Source: an uncultured Nitrososphaerota archaeon
GTDB lineage: Archaea; Thermoproteota; Nitrososphaeria; Nitrososphaerales; Gagatemarchaeaceae
DNA: 64,000 nt
Assembly: GCA_963718895.1 (NCBI GenBank)
Contig: CAVRAG010000008.1
Location: forward strand, 928,001 to 992,000
Direction: 5' to 3'
Shown here: piece by piece, positions 19,606 through 28,627 of the stretch
Layout of the letters: every line of letters begins with the position of its first letter
Position numbering within the stretch: the stretch's first letter is position 1
Translations under genes and position numbers: made by a program
Notes under the pieces: generated by a model
Databases searched by the model: none
Seen by the model: only the letters and a program-made list of their open reading frames with translations
What the model was told of the DNA's origin: nothing

Positions 19606-20030
19606 GCCAGCCCGCGCACGAGCACGAGATCGTCATGGTCGGGATGATCAACGTCGACAGGGACAACTACCTCCAGGGTACGGTCGACGTCTGGAGGTGC
19701 AGGTCCTGCAGGAGGCTCTTCTGCGACGACAAGAGGTACGGAGAGCCGCTGAGGCCGAGCGTCGGGTTCGAGGAGATCGGGCCGAACGAACAGTGGGCCA
19801 TTCTGACCTGCACCAACATCAGGGAGGTCTACATGATGAGCCTGGGCGTCGAGCCGGGCAAGAAGATCTCGCACACCTGCAAGGACGGGGCCCAACACGA
19901 GTTCACCGTGCTCGATGACTGGACGATTGCGCCGGACGACGGCGAGTCGGTCCACAGGCTCTTCATGGTGAAGGACAACATCAACAAGCACATCGAGGCA
20001 GGGTTCTACAAGCTCCGGATGCTGAAGTAG
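19602..20030 (+). CDS. Conserved thaumarchaeal-type Cys/His metal-binding protein
   Basis: HEHE...VDVWRCRSC...; typical codon usage. Confidence 0.7.
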   Translation: MSQPAHEHEIVMVGMINVDRDNYLQGTVDVWRCRSCRRLFCDDKRYGEPLRPSVGFEEIGPNEQWAILTCTNIREVYMMSLGVEPGKKISHTCKDGAQHEFTVLDDWTIAPDDGESVHRLFMVKDNINKHIEAGFYKLRMLK

Positions 20031-20426
20031 TTGAAGCTCAAGACGGTCGCGGCAACCGTGAGCCTCCTAAACGGGGTGTGGCTCGTCGCCGCGGGCGCAT
20101 ACTGGAATCAGATATTCAGCTTCCCGCTCCTCGGATTGGGAACGAGGCAGGCAGAGAACTGGATTCTCCTGGCGTTGGCTGTGATCCTGGTGCTAGATTC
20201 GGCCATCTGCTTCTTGGGCTGGGTCGAGGCGCTCTACGCCTCGGCCGCGATCTCTGCGCTCGGCGTCATGGGCATAGCGATAGGCGGGGTTGAGTTGGCC
20301 ACGTCGGCATTTGCATTTTCTGCGTTTGTTGGCCTCCTGGCAATATCCCTGGACATCCTCGCTGCAAGGAGAACGGTGTTCATCCCGGAGGAAGACCATC
20401 CCCTGAATCTTCCGGTGTTCGGCTAG
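20031..20426 (+). CDS. Membrane protein
   Basis: Four hydrophobic segments, abuts previous gene. Confidence 0.65.
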   Translation: MKLKTVAATVSLLNGVWLVAAGAYWNQIFSFPLLGLGTRQAENWILLALAVILVLDSAICFLGWVEALYASAAISALGVMGIAIGGVELATSAFAFSAFVGLLAISLDILAARRTVFIPEEDHPLNLPVFG

Positions 20427-20983
20427 AGTCTGAGGAGGGAGAGCTCCCCATCATCCACCATTCTGGTCATTCTTCCCCTGACATTCGGTACATCGATAGA
20501 GTAGTAAGACGAGTTGTTCCTGCCGAGCAGGGGTAGTCCTCGACGTGCGACCCCTAGGGCGACGCTCTTCTCGCCCTTCTGCAGATGAACGAAGGCAGCG
20601 CAGACCAAAATCAGCCCCTGAAGCAGCTTCTTCTCCTCGCCCTCGGCGGCCCTCCAGAGCGACTCTAACACTTCGTGGGCCTCCCAGAACCGCTCAGCGT
20701 TGAAGAGGGTGACCACTTCCTTCACCGCCTCCTCCGTCGGCATGAAACGCGGGGGCTCCTGGAGGTCCTTCTTGAACTCCAGCCTTCCGAGCGGCTCAAT
20801 CGCCGCCATGATGACCTGAAAATCCTGGCGAGCGGGGGCGAAGATGTCTATCTCAAGGGCCCCGTAGGAGGTCCACTTAGGGTTCACCGCCCTCCCGCCT
20901 AGGTTGGCAGCGATGCTCCGGACCGCAGACAGGAGCCGGGCGCGGTCTTTGTCTTCGGGCAGGAACCTCACGAGGAACCTCAT
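20423..20983 (-). CDS. DUF309-domain protein
   Basis: LFNAERFWEAHEVLESLW...LQGLI...AFVH. Confidence 0.85.
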   Translation of the reverse strand: MRFLVRFLPEDKDRARLLSAVRSIAANLGGRAVNPKWTSYGALEIDIFAPARQDFQVIMAAIEPLGRLEFKKDLQEPPRFMPTEEAVKEVVTLFNAERFWEAHEVLESLWRAAEGEEKKLLQGLILVCAAFVHLQKGEKSVALGVARRGLPLLGRNNSSYYSIDVPNVRGRMTRMVDDGELSLLRL

Positions 20984-21096
20984 TGCCGGGCAGGTGGTCC
21001 TAGAAGACGGGCTCGGAACTCAAGATCGTGGATCACAAATCACCAGGGCTAATGTCGTCACTGCCCGCCTCTCCCAGAGATTCCGCATCCTGCATA

Positions 21097-21507
21097 TCAC
21101 CCTTTCGAGGTCATCGGCTCCGACCCGTGGAACTGCATCCAAAGCCACTTGTCCCCGCGCTTCTCGAAGACAGCACTCAGCCTGTACGGCGAGGGCGTCT
21201 CCGTCTTCCCGGTGCTCGTGCGGCAGTCTCCGGTTGCGAGTACCCAGGCCACCGAACCTGAGGTGGAGACCGAGTGCCATTTCCATTCCCACCTGTAGGT
21301 CTCGTCTCTGGAGAGTAGCCTGGTGAAGAGGGCGCGCAGGTTCTTGTAGCCTACCCCCATCTCCCAGTCTTCCGAACCCAGCATCACGACGTCCGCCTCC
21401 TGGGCGAAGAGGCTGAGCACCCCGTCGATGTCCTTCGTCCAGAAGCAGTCGCTGAATCCCTTGAGGAGGCTGAGGATGGCCTTCTCGGTCTTGGCGTCGG
21501 CCTTCAT
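21097..21507 (-). CDS. SnoaL/NTF2-like protein
   Basis: DIDGVLSLFA...RLSAVFEKRGDKWLWMQFHGS. Confidence 0.85.
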   Translation of the reverse strand: MKADAKTEKAILSLLKGFSDCFWTKDIDGVLSLFAQEADVVMLGSEDWEMGVGYKNLRALFTRLLSRDETYRWEWKWHSVSTSGSVAWVLATGDCRTSTGKTETPSPYRLSAVFEKRGDKWLWMQFHGSEPMTSKG

Positions 21508-21622
21508 CCGAGGACGATTCGCGCCGCCGCCAGATAAGCTTGAAGGTCAGGACCGCCGGCGGCGCAGGGGCCCTATGTTCAAATATAGGCCCAAAGCGCT
21601 CCTGAGTTGGAAGGGGTCAACG

Positions 21623-22162
21623 GTGGTAGAGATTGATCTGACGTGCCATCTTGAGGGATTCCGGCGGTTCCTGATAAACAGCACGTGCAGGAGCTTCATA
21701 CCAGAGTCATACCTCAGGGACGATGAGGTCTTCCCCGAGAAGGAGATGGACCCTGGCTCGATCTACATCGAGGCCGCGGACAAGGTGACGCTCAAGAAGA
21801 TCAGGGACATCACCTTCATCAACGCCCAGGACATACTCGGCATCATCTACACCTCGAAGTCCGGCAACACGAAGCTCAAGTGGCGCCAGGCGAGGGGACC
21901 GATCGGCAGGCTCACCGGAGACGCCAGCAACAACAGCCTCGTCAACCTGTCCATGGCAAGGATAATCACGCCGCAGGAGGTCGAGGAGATAATCAGGAAC
22001 GCCGGGACGGGCCCGCAGGAACCGATGGAGCAGCAGGTGAGCGAGCCGGGGATCTCGGGAGAGGATTCGGGGTTTCCCGAGGCCGGGAAGACCGCCGCAG
22101 AACTCCTGGGCGTGGAGACCGAGGAGCCCAGGCAACAGGACGACGACGGCGAGACTGGATAA
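21623..22162 (+). CDS. Conserved thaumarchaeal-type hypothetical protein
   Basis: FRRFLINSTCRSFIP...IYIEAADKVTLKKIR...SKSGNTKLKWRQ; acidic tail; start codon uncertain. Confidence 0.7.
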   Translation: MVEIDLTCHLEGFRRFLINSTCRSFIPESYLRDDEVFPEKEMDPGSIYIEAADKVTLKKIRDITFINAQDILGIIYTSKSGNTKLKWRQARGPIGRLTGDASNNSLVNLSMARIITPQEVEEIIRNAGTGPQEPMEQQVSEPGISGEDSGFPEAGKTAAELLGVETEEPRQQDDDGETG

Positions 22163-22205
22163 GACGTTCAACCTGCTTTAATACCGGCGCGTTTTCACTC
22201 GGCAC

Positions 22206-22538
22206 ATGGTCCAGGTCAGGGTTCACAGGATAAGCAGCGTAACCGAGCCGCTCACCGGCCTGCCCGCCAAGCAGATAGAACTCGTCGAGGTGAAGCAGAG
22301 GGGGAGCCAGACCTACGGGATGGGCGACGAGGGGAGGATGGTCCAGAGCATGGTCAACCAGCTGCAGTCGATGGGTCTGGTCCCCCAGGTCCGTGAGATG
22401 GTCTTCCCCAAGGTGACGATGGTCCTGACCGAGAGCGAGTACGACATGTTCGGGCTGCGCCTCGACGTCAACGACGTCTTCGAGCTCGAGATAAAGAACG
22501 GCAGTCTTGCTCTCAAGAAGTCTACCGAAGGGACATAG
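22206..22538 (+). CDS. Arcadin-1-like protein
   Basis: VRVHRI...KQIELVE...PKVTMVLTESEYDMFGLRLDVNDVFELEI resembles arcadin-1 family from memory. Confidence 0.65.
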   Translation: MVQVRVHRISSVTEPLTGLPAKQIELVEVKQRGSQTYGMGDEGRMVQSMVNQLQSMGLVPQVREMVFPKVTMVLTESEYDMFGLRLDVNDVFELEIKNGSLALKKSTEGT

Positions 22539-22598
22539 GCACCCAACGGAAGATTTGGAAGAAGGCAGTTATATCTCCGTCTTCCACCAAGCAGTGGA

Positions 22599-23072
22599 TT
22601 GTCGAAGATAGCAGTCGGTGACAGAGCACCCGATTTTTCTCTCCATTCCCAGAGCGGAGAGGTCGTCCGCCTTAGTGACTACATCGGAAAGAAGAACGTC
22701 GTCCTCTATTTCTATCCGAAGGACTTCACCGCGGGCTGCACGGCCGAGGCTCGGGGGTTCAGGGACAGCTACCAGGAGTTCCGGGACAGCGAGACCGAGG
22801 TTATAGGGGTCAGCTCCGACAGCGTCGAGACCCATCAGCGGTTCTCCCAGCAGTGCAGCCTCCCGTTCAAGCTTCTCAGCGACTCCGGCAAGGAGCTGCG
22901 GGAGCTCTACGGGGTCTCGTCGACCCTGGGCATGTCGGGGCGCGTGACGTTCGTGATCGACAGGGAGGGCATCGTACGACACGTGTTCTCGTCCCAGCTT
23001 CGACCTACGAAACACATCAACGAAGCCCTGGACGCCCTGAAGGCCGTGAAGAAGACTCTGAGTGCTACCTGA
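22599..23072 (+). CDS. bcp: Peroxiredoxin BCP/PrxQ
   Basis: GDRAPDF, YFYPKDFTAGCTAEA, GVSSD, RVTFVID. Confidence 0.92.
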   Translation: MSKIAVGDRAPDFSLHSQSGEVVRLSDYIGKKNVVLYFYPKDFTAGCTAEARGFRDSYQEFRDSETEVIGVSSDSVETHQRFSQQCSLPFKLLSDSGKELRELYGVSSTLGMSGRVTFVIDREGIVRHVFSSQLRPTKHINEALDALKAVKKTLSAT

Positions 23073-23523
23073 TTACTAGCACGCTGCATGGAGCGTGCGA
23101 GACGAGCGCCCCCGAGACGCTGCCCAAGAGCAGTTTCTTGAACCCGCTCAGGCCCCGGGTCCCTACCACGATGAGGTCGACCCTCCACTCCTGGGCGTAC
23201 TCGGATATCGCCTCGACGACGGATGGGACGTTCTCTGTAATCTCGCCCCGTACCTTGACATCCTGGGCCTCAGCCTTGGAGACGATGCCCCCCACGAACG
23301 CCTCGGCTTCCTTCTTGGCCCTGTCGAAGAACTCCTCCGAGACCGGGCCGGAACCCACCGCGCCCTGGGCTCCCGTCGCCGCGTAGATGGGTGTGGGAAT
23401 CACGCTGAGGACGTAGAGGAGCGCGCCGCTCCTCTTCGCGAGGTCTATCGCCTCATCCGCAGCCCTCGAGGAGTTCGCTGAACCGTCGACCGCGACCAGG
23501 ATACCCTTGAACGAGCTCAACAC
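23065..23523 (-). CDS. Universal stress protein
   Basis: ILVAVDGS, DLIVVGTRG, LLGSVS, PCSVLVIR. Confidence 0.93.
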   Translation of the reverse strand: MLSSFKGILVAVDGSANSSRAADEAIDLAKRSGALLYVLSVIPTPIYAATGAQGAVGSGPVSEEFFDRAKKEAEAFVGGIVSKAEAQDVKVRGEITENVPSVVEAISEYAQEWRVDLIVVGTRGLSGFKKLLLGSVSGALVSHAPCSVLVIR

Positions 23524-23704
23524 GGTCCTAGGCTCGATTCCAACTTATGAAGATAATGGTCGGGTGCGGTCGGAGGTCATGGTAGCTTGGCTCGTGACTT
23601 TCCTAGAACGTAAGTGTCGAAGGTCCGTCGACAAGAGCAAAGCCCGAATTACGGCCTAAATCGACCTAAAAGGTAGGAATCCAACCCGCTTTTGGCAAAA
23701 GGAG

Positions 23705-23806
23705 TGGTGCGGCGTGCGGGATTCGAACCCGCGCAATAGGCTGTCTTCCCCTCATCTTCCGACGAGGGATGGGAAGCCCATATCCTAACCACTGGATCAA
23801 CGCCGC
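23705..23806 (-). tRNA. trnG: tRNA-Gly(CCC) with 27-nt intron at 37/38 (23743-23769), CCA encoded
   Basis: GCGGCGT/ACGCCGC acceptor stem, TGGGC-TTCCCA^A-GCCTA anticodon arm, GCGGG-TTCGAAT-CCCGC T-arm. Confidence 0.93.
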
Positions 23807-23832
23807 GCTGCCCGAGCAACCCTGAGTGCCAG

Positions 23833-23839
23833 TTATAAA
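23833..23839 (-). promoter_or_regulatory. TATA box of intact tRNA-Gly
   Basis: TTTATAA on minus strand, 27 nt upstream of G1. Confidence 0.65.
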
Positions 23840-23905
23840 TCAGGTTTCGCTCGGTCAGAAATTGCGTGTCATTGGCCCATAAATCCTGAATGACCGTGTT
23901 AGCCC

Positions 23906-24310
23906 ATGGACTTGAACGAAGTTGGTACCGTGTTGTATTGGTGTGAAGGCAGCAAGAGAGAAGAGGACTACCGAGTGGAGTTCGTGAACTCAGATCCGAA
24001 GATGGTCGCTGTATTCATGAAGTACATTCGGGCCAAGCACATAGATGAGGCACGACTGAGGATCAGGATGGCAATTCATATCCAGGACGATGAGAGCGAG
24101 TGCAGAAAGTACTGGATGGGAGTCACAGGATTGAGGGACTCCAATTTCATGTGTACGATCGTGAAAGAACAAAGTCTGTGGAAGAAGCCGTTGCCTCACG
24201 GAACAGTGACAATCCGGTACAACTCCATTGCACTGCTTCAGGAGATAAAGCGCGAAATCTTGGTCTTGGCTGAAAAACTCTCGCAGAACTGTACACTGGC
24301 GACAGGCTGA
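23906..24310 (+). CDS. Single-domain LAGLIDADG-like (homing-endonuclease-fold) protein
   Basis: GTVLYWCEGSK followed by VEFVNSDPKMV...YW...G; lower GC than flanks; sits between two tRNA-Gly copies. Confidence 0.55.
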   Translation: MDLNEVGTVLYWCEGSKREEDYRVEFVNSDPKMVAVFMKYIRAKHIDEARLRIRMAIHIQDDESECRKYWMGVTGLRDSNFMCTIVKEQSLWKKPLPHGTVTIRYNSIALLQEIKREILVLAEKLSQNCTLATG

Positions 24311-24372
24311 CTCCCTCCTATCTTCCGACAGGAGATGGGAAGCCTATATCCTAACCACTGGATCACAGCCGC
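24299..24372 (-). pseudogene. Truncated second tRNA-Gly(CCC) (positions 1-48 plus intron; no T-arm or 3' acceptor strand)
   Basis: GCGGCTGTGATCCAGTGGTTAGGATATAGGCTTCCCA-[27-nt intron]-AGCCTGTCGC then diverges. Confidence 0.85.
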
Positions 24373-24398
24373 GCTGCACCGGCAGGCCCGGAGGCCCA

Positions 24399-24405
24399 TT
24401 ATAAA
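24399..24405 (-). promoter_or_regulatory. TATA box of truncated tRNA-Gly
   Basis: TTTATAA, same 27-nt spacing and same GCAGC leader as the intact copy. Confidence 0.6.
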
Positions 24406-24455
24406 TCGCATCTCAGCCTGGTTAAATACGTAATGAGGGGTATCCATGCGAAGCC

Positions 24456-24802
24456 TTGGCGGGCGAACTACTGCTCGGGATTACAATCCTCAGTCCGGGG
24501 GGAACAACGACCGTCCCCAGACGGGTCAGGGAGGTGTTGAAGCTGGAACCCACGCCCCACAAGAGGGGAAGATCCTGTGGACCCAGGAGGGCGATGATGT
24601 CATCGTCACGAAAGGGACGCCGCAGTCGAGCTTCAGGAAGACGATGCTCAGGAGAGGCGGAAGGGCGGCGGTCCCCAAGCACATAATGGAGGCGCTGGGG
24701 CTGAGATCCACGCCGCACAAGGAGGAGAGAATAGTGTGGATACAGAGGGGGGACGAAATCGTCGTCAGGAAAGGCGCACCGCTCTCGAGTCCCACCGACT
24801 AG
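24456..24802 (+). CDS. Tandem AbrB/SpoVT-like DNA-binding protein (frameshift ~24566)
   Basis: GGTTTVPRRVREVLKL...ILW and GGRAAVPKHIMEALGL...IVW duplicated swapped-hairpin motifs. Confidence 0.7.
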
Positions 24803-24836
24803 GAGTCTGCGTGAAAGGATGGGGATTCGACCCGTC

Positions 24837-26789
24837 CTAACCTGGCCTCAGATTCTTCGCCAGGCCCGTCCTCTCCAGCATCGAGAGATAGCGGGGGTCT
24901 GACCTCACGCCGTCCAGCTCGGATTCCACCGCCATCGCGTAGATCCTGCGGTCCAAGGATGTGAAGGCCCTCTCCAGCCACTCGAAGCCTGCGTCGTTGT
25001 CCTTCAGGATGAAATAGAGCGATGCGATCAAGAACGGACTCGCGGTCTTCACATCGGGCGAGCGTTCCACCTCGGAGAGCAGTCTGCGGCTCTCCTCAGC
25101 CCTCCCCATGGCCGCGTAGATCCAGGCATATACGAGCTTCGCGTCGGTCGGGTCGGTGAGCCTGCTGTAGATGTCGGCCATCGCCAGCGCCTCGCCGAAC
25201 ATCGACTTCGCAAGGTACGTCTGGATGAGGCTCGGGTAGACGCTGGAGAACCCGGGATCCATCTCGATGACCTTCTTCCCCTGTGCGATGGACTTGTCGA
25301 GCTCCCCGTTGTAGTAAAGGCCATCCATCAGGTTGGTGTTTATGATGAGCGACAGCGGGCTCAGCTCGACGGCCTTCCTTATCTCTGCCAGCGCCTCGGT
25401 ACGCCTCAGCTCGAACGCGAGCAGGTGGGAGTACCACTGGTGCGCGGTGGCATAGCTCGGATTGAGTTCGATGGCCTTCCGGAATGCTGCTTCGCTCCTC
25501 GCCGGGTCCCGCTCGTAGGTCAAGGATGCGGCCGCGATGACCGTGTGAGCCTCAGCCAGGCCGTCGTCCAGCGAGAGCGCATTCCGGGCGTTCTCGATAG
25601 CCCTGGGATAGTAGACCGACGGTTCATCGTAGTAATTGGCCGCCATGACCTGATAGCACTGGGCCATCCCCGCATAGCCTAGGGCGAAGGCAGGGTCGAG
25701 GTCGACGGCCATGGTGAAGAGCTCGGCAGCCTTCCTGAGCGCCTCCGGGGTCCTCCTGTTCCACTGAAACATCCCTTTCAGGTAGAGCGTGTGCGCCTCC
25801 GGGTTCCTGGTGGCGCCCTTCTCGATTCTCTTGAGCCCCTCATCGCTCAACCTGACCTTCAGGGCCTCCGCCACCTTCTGCGCGACCTCGCTCTGGATGG
25901 CGAAGACGTCGTCGAGCTGCTTGTCGTAGTTCTGGGCCCACAGGTGCCCCTCGTTGCGGGCGTCGATGAGCTGGACGGTTATCCTGACCTTGTTCCCGGC
26001 CTTCCTCACGCTCCCCTCTATCAGGGTCCCGGTGCTCAGTTCCCTGCCGATCTCGCCTATCCTCTTCGTGGAGTTCTTGTACTGCATGGTCGAGGTCCTT
26101 GCGATGACCGTGAGGTCGGTGACGGTGGCTAGCGATGTTATCAGCTCCTCGGTCATGCCCTCGGCGAAGTACTCGTCGTTCGGGTCTGGGCTCATGTTCT
26201 TCAGAGGAAGGACCGCGACCCTCCGCACATCCAGCTCCCCAACCTCCGGCGTGCTCTCCATCTCCCAGGGCATGACTATCCTGTAGACTTCGATGGGGAT
26301 GCTGACGTTCTTTAGAGTCTTGCCCTCCAGCTTCTCCAAGGGCAGGCCTATCTTGTTCCTGACCTGGTCATAGACCTGTGCCGAGATACAGACGCCTCCC
26401 GGCGCCGCGAGCGGCTCGATGCGGGAGGAGACGTTGACGGCATCGCCGAGGATGTCTCCCTGGGAGTGGACCACGTCGCCCACGTGGACGCCGACCCGGA
26501 TCTGGATGCGCCTCTCGGGCGGCAGAACCGCGTTCCTTTCGTGCATCGCCTGCTGGATCTCGGCGGAGCATGCGACCGCCTCCAGCGCGCTCGGGAACTC
26601 GACGAGGAAGGCGTCGCCGATCGTCTTCACCTCCTTCCCGTTGTGCCTGGGGAAGATCGTGCGGAGGAGTACCCGGTGCTCCTCAAGCACGAGGAGCGTT
26701 CGGGCCTCGTCAGCCTGGGAAAGGGCGGTGAAACCCACTATGTCGGTGAACATGATAGCGGCGAGCCTCCGCTCGGATTTGACTGCCAT
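24837..26789 (-). CDS. Class III adenylate cyclase with TolB-like and TPR domains
   Basis: RRLAAIMFTDIVGFT, VKTIGDAFL, RVGVHVGDV, GDAVNVSSRIE; VAVLPLKNMS...EYFAEG; TPR repeats. Confidence 0.9.
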   Translation of the reverse strand: MAVKSERRLAAIMFTDIVGFTALSQADEARTLLVLEEHRVLLRTIFPRHNGKEVKTIGDAFLVEFPSALEAVACSAEIQQAMHERNAVLPPERRIQIRVGVHVGDVVHSQGDILGDAVNVSSRIEPLAAPGGVCISAQVYDQVRNKIGLPLEKLEGKTLKNVSIPIEVYRIVMPWEMESTPEVGELDVRRVAVLPLKNMSPDPNDEYFAEGMTEELITSLATVTDLTVIARTSTMQYKNSTKRIGEIGRELSTGTLIEGSVRKAGNKVRITVQLIDARNEGHLWAQNYDKQLDDVFAIQSEVAQKVAEALKVRLSDEGLKRIEKGATRNPEAHTLYLKGMFQWNRRTPEALRKAAELFTMAVDLDPAFALGYAGMAQCYQVMAANYYDEPSVYYPRAIENARNALSLDDGLAEAHTVIAAASLTYERDPARSEAAFRKAIELNPSYATAHQWYSHLLAFELRRTEALAEIRKAVELSPLSLIINTNLMDGLYYNGELDKSIAQGKKVIEMDPGFSSVYPSLIQTYLAKSMFGEALAMADIYSRLTDPTDAKLVYAWIYAAMGRAEESRRLLSEVERSPDVKTASPFLIASLYFILKDNDAGFEWLERAFTSLDRRIYAMAVESELDGVRSDPRYLSMLERTGLAKNLRPG

Positions 26790-27084
26790 CGGGCTGTGTG
26801 TTTGTACCAGCCCTCGAGTTAAAACTATTTGCTGGTCCAGCGCCCGACGCTTATCGGTCAAGCCTGCCCGGTATGATGGAGGCTACGTTCTCGACATGAA
26901 CATGGCGACCTTGTTCACCTTGAAAAGCCGGTCGTCTGCTGCCGAAACAGCAAGCGTCCTCCTTGCCTGCCTATCCGGACACCCTAGCTGCGGAGGGCCT
27001 CTGCCATCCTCACGACCCTGCAGGTCGAACCCGCCGCGCCAGGACGCTATGATCGTCTGGTGAATACTATAAATCAACCCACCC

Positions 27085-27960
27085 GTGCGCGCCACCGTGC
27101 AAAAGGACCTCCTAGACGGCGTCTCGGCGAGGATCAAGGAGCTCGGCAAGGGAGGCTACTCGAGGGTCTACAGGTCCAGCGGCCGCGAGTACCCTGATGC
27201 TCTGCACGTCCTTGTGAGCAGAATCCTGGACGCGGCGGGCGTCGAGTACCGGACCGGCGAGCCAATCTTCCCCGGCTCTCCCAGGCTGGCCGACTTTGCC
27301 GTCGGGGACAGGCTGATCATCCTCGGCGGAGACCTCAGCGCTGACGAGAGGAAGAGGGCCGCCCGCGCCGGGAAGAAGTGCGTCGTGATCGCAAAGAGCG
27401 AGATGCGCAGCGACGTCTTCGACACCGGGACGAGGGTCCTCCGTTCGGGCGACCGCTCGAAGGAGAGGCTTCAGACGATCTTCCTCGACGACCCGTCGTT
27501 CAACTTCGACTATGCACACATCCTCCCCAAGACCGAGAAGTGCTCCGTGATGCACGGGCACACGTCCTCGGTTCTCGTCGAGCTCGTGGGCTCGCCGAGG
27601 GACGGAATGGTCGTCGACTTCAACGACGCCAAGCCGATAATCAGGGAGGCGGTGCGAGGACTCGACCACAAGCTCTTCATCAGCAACAGGTACGTCACGG
27701 GGAGGGAAGGGAGGAGCGTGCTCATAGGGTTCGACACGGTCCACGGGAGGTTCGAGATGAGGGTCCCCGCCAAGACCACCGTCCTCCTCGAGGAGGAGGC
27801 GACCGTCGAGAACCTGGCGCAGGAGCTGGTCCGTAGGATAGCCCCAGGGATGCCCGAGAACGTGGAGGCCGTAGGAGTCTACGTCTACGAGGGCCTCAAC
27901 AAGGGCACCCACCTCCTTGCGCTCATCCATTCGAGAGAGGCCGAGCGGCGACGGAAGTAA
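27085..27960 (+). CDS. queD: 6-carboxytetrahydropterin synthase QueD with ~125-aa N-terminal extra domain
   Basis: FDYAH, CSVMHGH, GMVVDF, LDHK, TVENLA. Confidence 0.85.
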   Translation: MRATVQKDLLDGVSARIKELGKGGYSRVYRSSGREYPDALHVLVSRILDAAGVEYRTGEPIFPGSPRLADFAVGDRLIILGGDLSADERKRAARAGKKCVVIAKSEMRSDVFDTGTRVLRSGDRSKERLQTIFLDDPSFNFDYAHILPKTEKCSVMHGHTSSVLVELVGSPRDGMVVDFNDAKPIIREAVRGLDHKLFISNRYVTGREGRSVLIGFDTVHGRFEMRVPAKTTVLLEEEATVENLAQELVRRIAPGMPENVEAVGVYVYEGLNKGTHLLALIHSREAERRRK

Positions 27961-28623
27961 TAGTCCTCCTCTCGGGGGGCATCGACTCGGCCACGTGCCT
28001 CTACCTCTCAAAGAAGAAGGGGTACCTGAACAGGGCCCTCACGATGCGGTTCCACGGGATGGCCGCCGGAGAGGAGCGGGCCGCAACCCGCCTGGGTGTC
28101 GCTGCGGGGGTCGAGGAGCACAGGTTCTTCTCGATGCCGGAGCTGAGGGAGCTCGGCGACATCGGCCCGCTCGAACGGCTCGCTGGCCTTCCTTCCGCCT
28201 ACATCCCCATGAAGAACTCGATCTACTACAACGTGGCCGCCGCCTTCGCCGAGGAGGTCGGGGCGGGACGGGTCGTCGGGGGCCACAACGGCGACGACAG
28301 GGCGGTCTACGAGGACACGAGCGACGCGTTCTTCAGGAACCTGCAGCGGACGCTCAGGTCGGGCTCGGCCAGGCTCAGGCAGCAGGACTTCAGGATCTGG
28401 AGGCCGCTCCAGCGCGATGAGCAAGGCGGAGGTGGTGGCGCTGGCGTCGACCCTGGGCGTACCCTTCGAGATGACCTGGAGCTGCCACAGGGAGGGCAGC
28501 AAGCACTGCTGGGAGTGCGAAGGATGCCTAGGGAGGGTCCTTGCGTTCCGTCAGGCGGGGGTCCTGGACCCGTTGAGTGCAGCCAAATACCGAAAGGGTA
28601 TAAAACGGGCTCTTCCCGGCTAG
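27957..28623 (+). CDS. queC: 7-cyano-7-deazaguanine synthase QueC (frameshift ~28415; start unclear)
   Basis: VIVLLSGGIDS PP-loop in the frame upstream of ORF 28044, YIPMKN, TWSC...HCWECEGC. Confidence 0.85.
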
Positions 28624-28627
28624 ATTC

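Noticed and set aside
23345-23353. GGGCCGGAA match to the att core
   Set aside because: Only 9 nt, inside the usp coding sequence; expected by chance
23735-24298. Treating the endonuclease-like ORF region as one giant intron of a single tRNA-Gly
   Set aside because: The only 3' acceptor strand (ACGCCGC) pairs with the inner copy (GCGGCGT), not the outer 5' strand (GCGGCTG)
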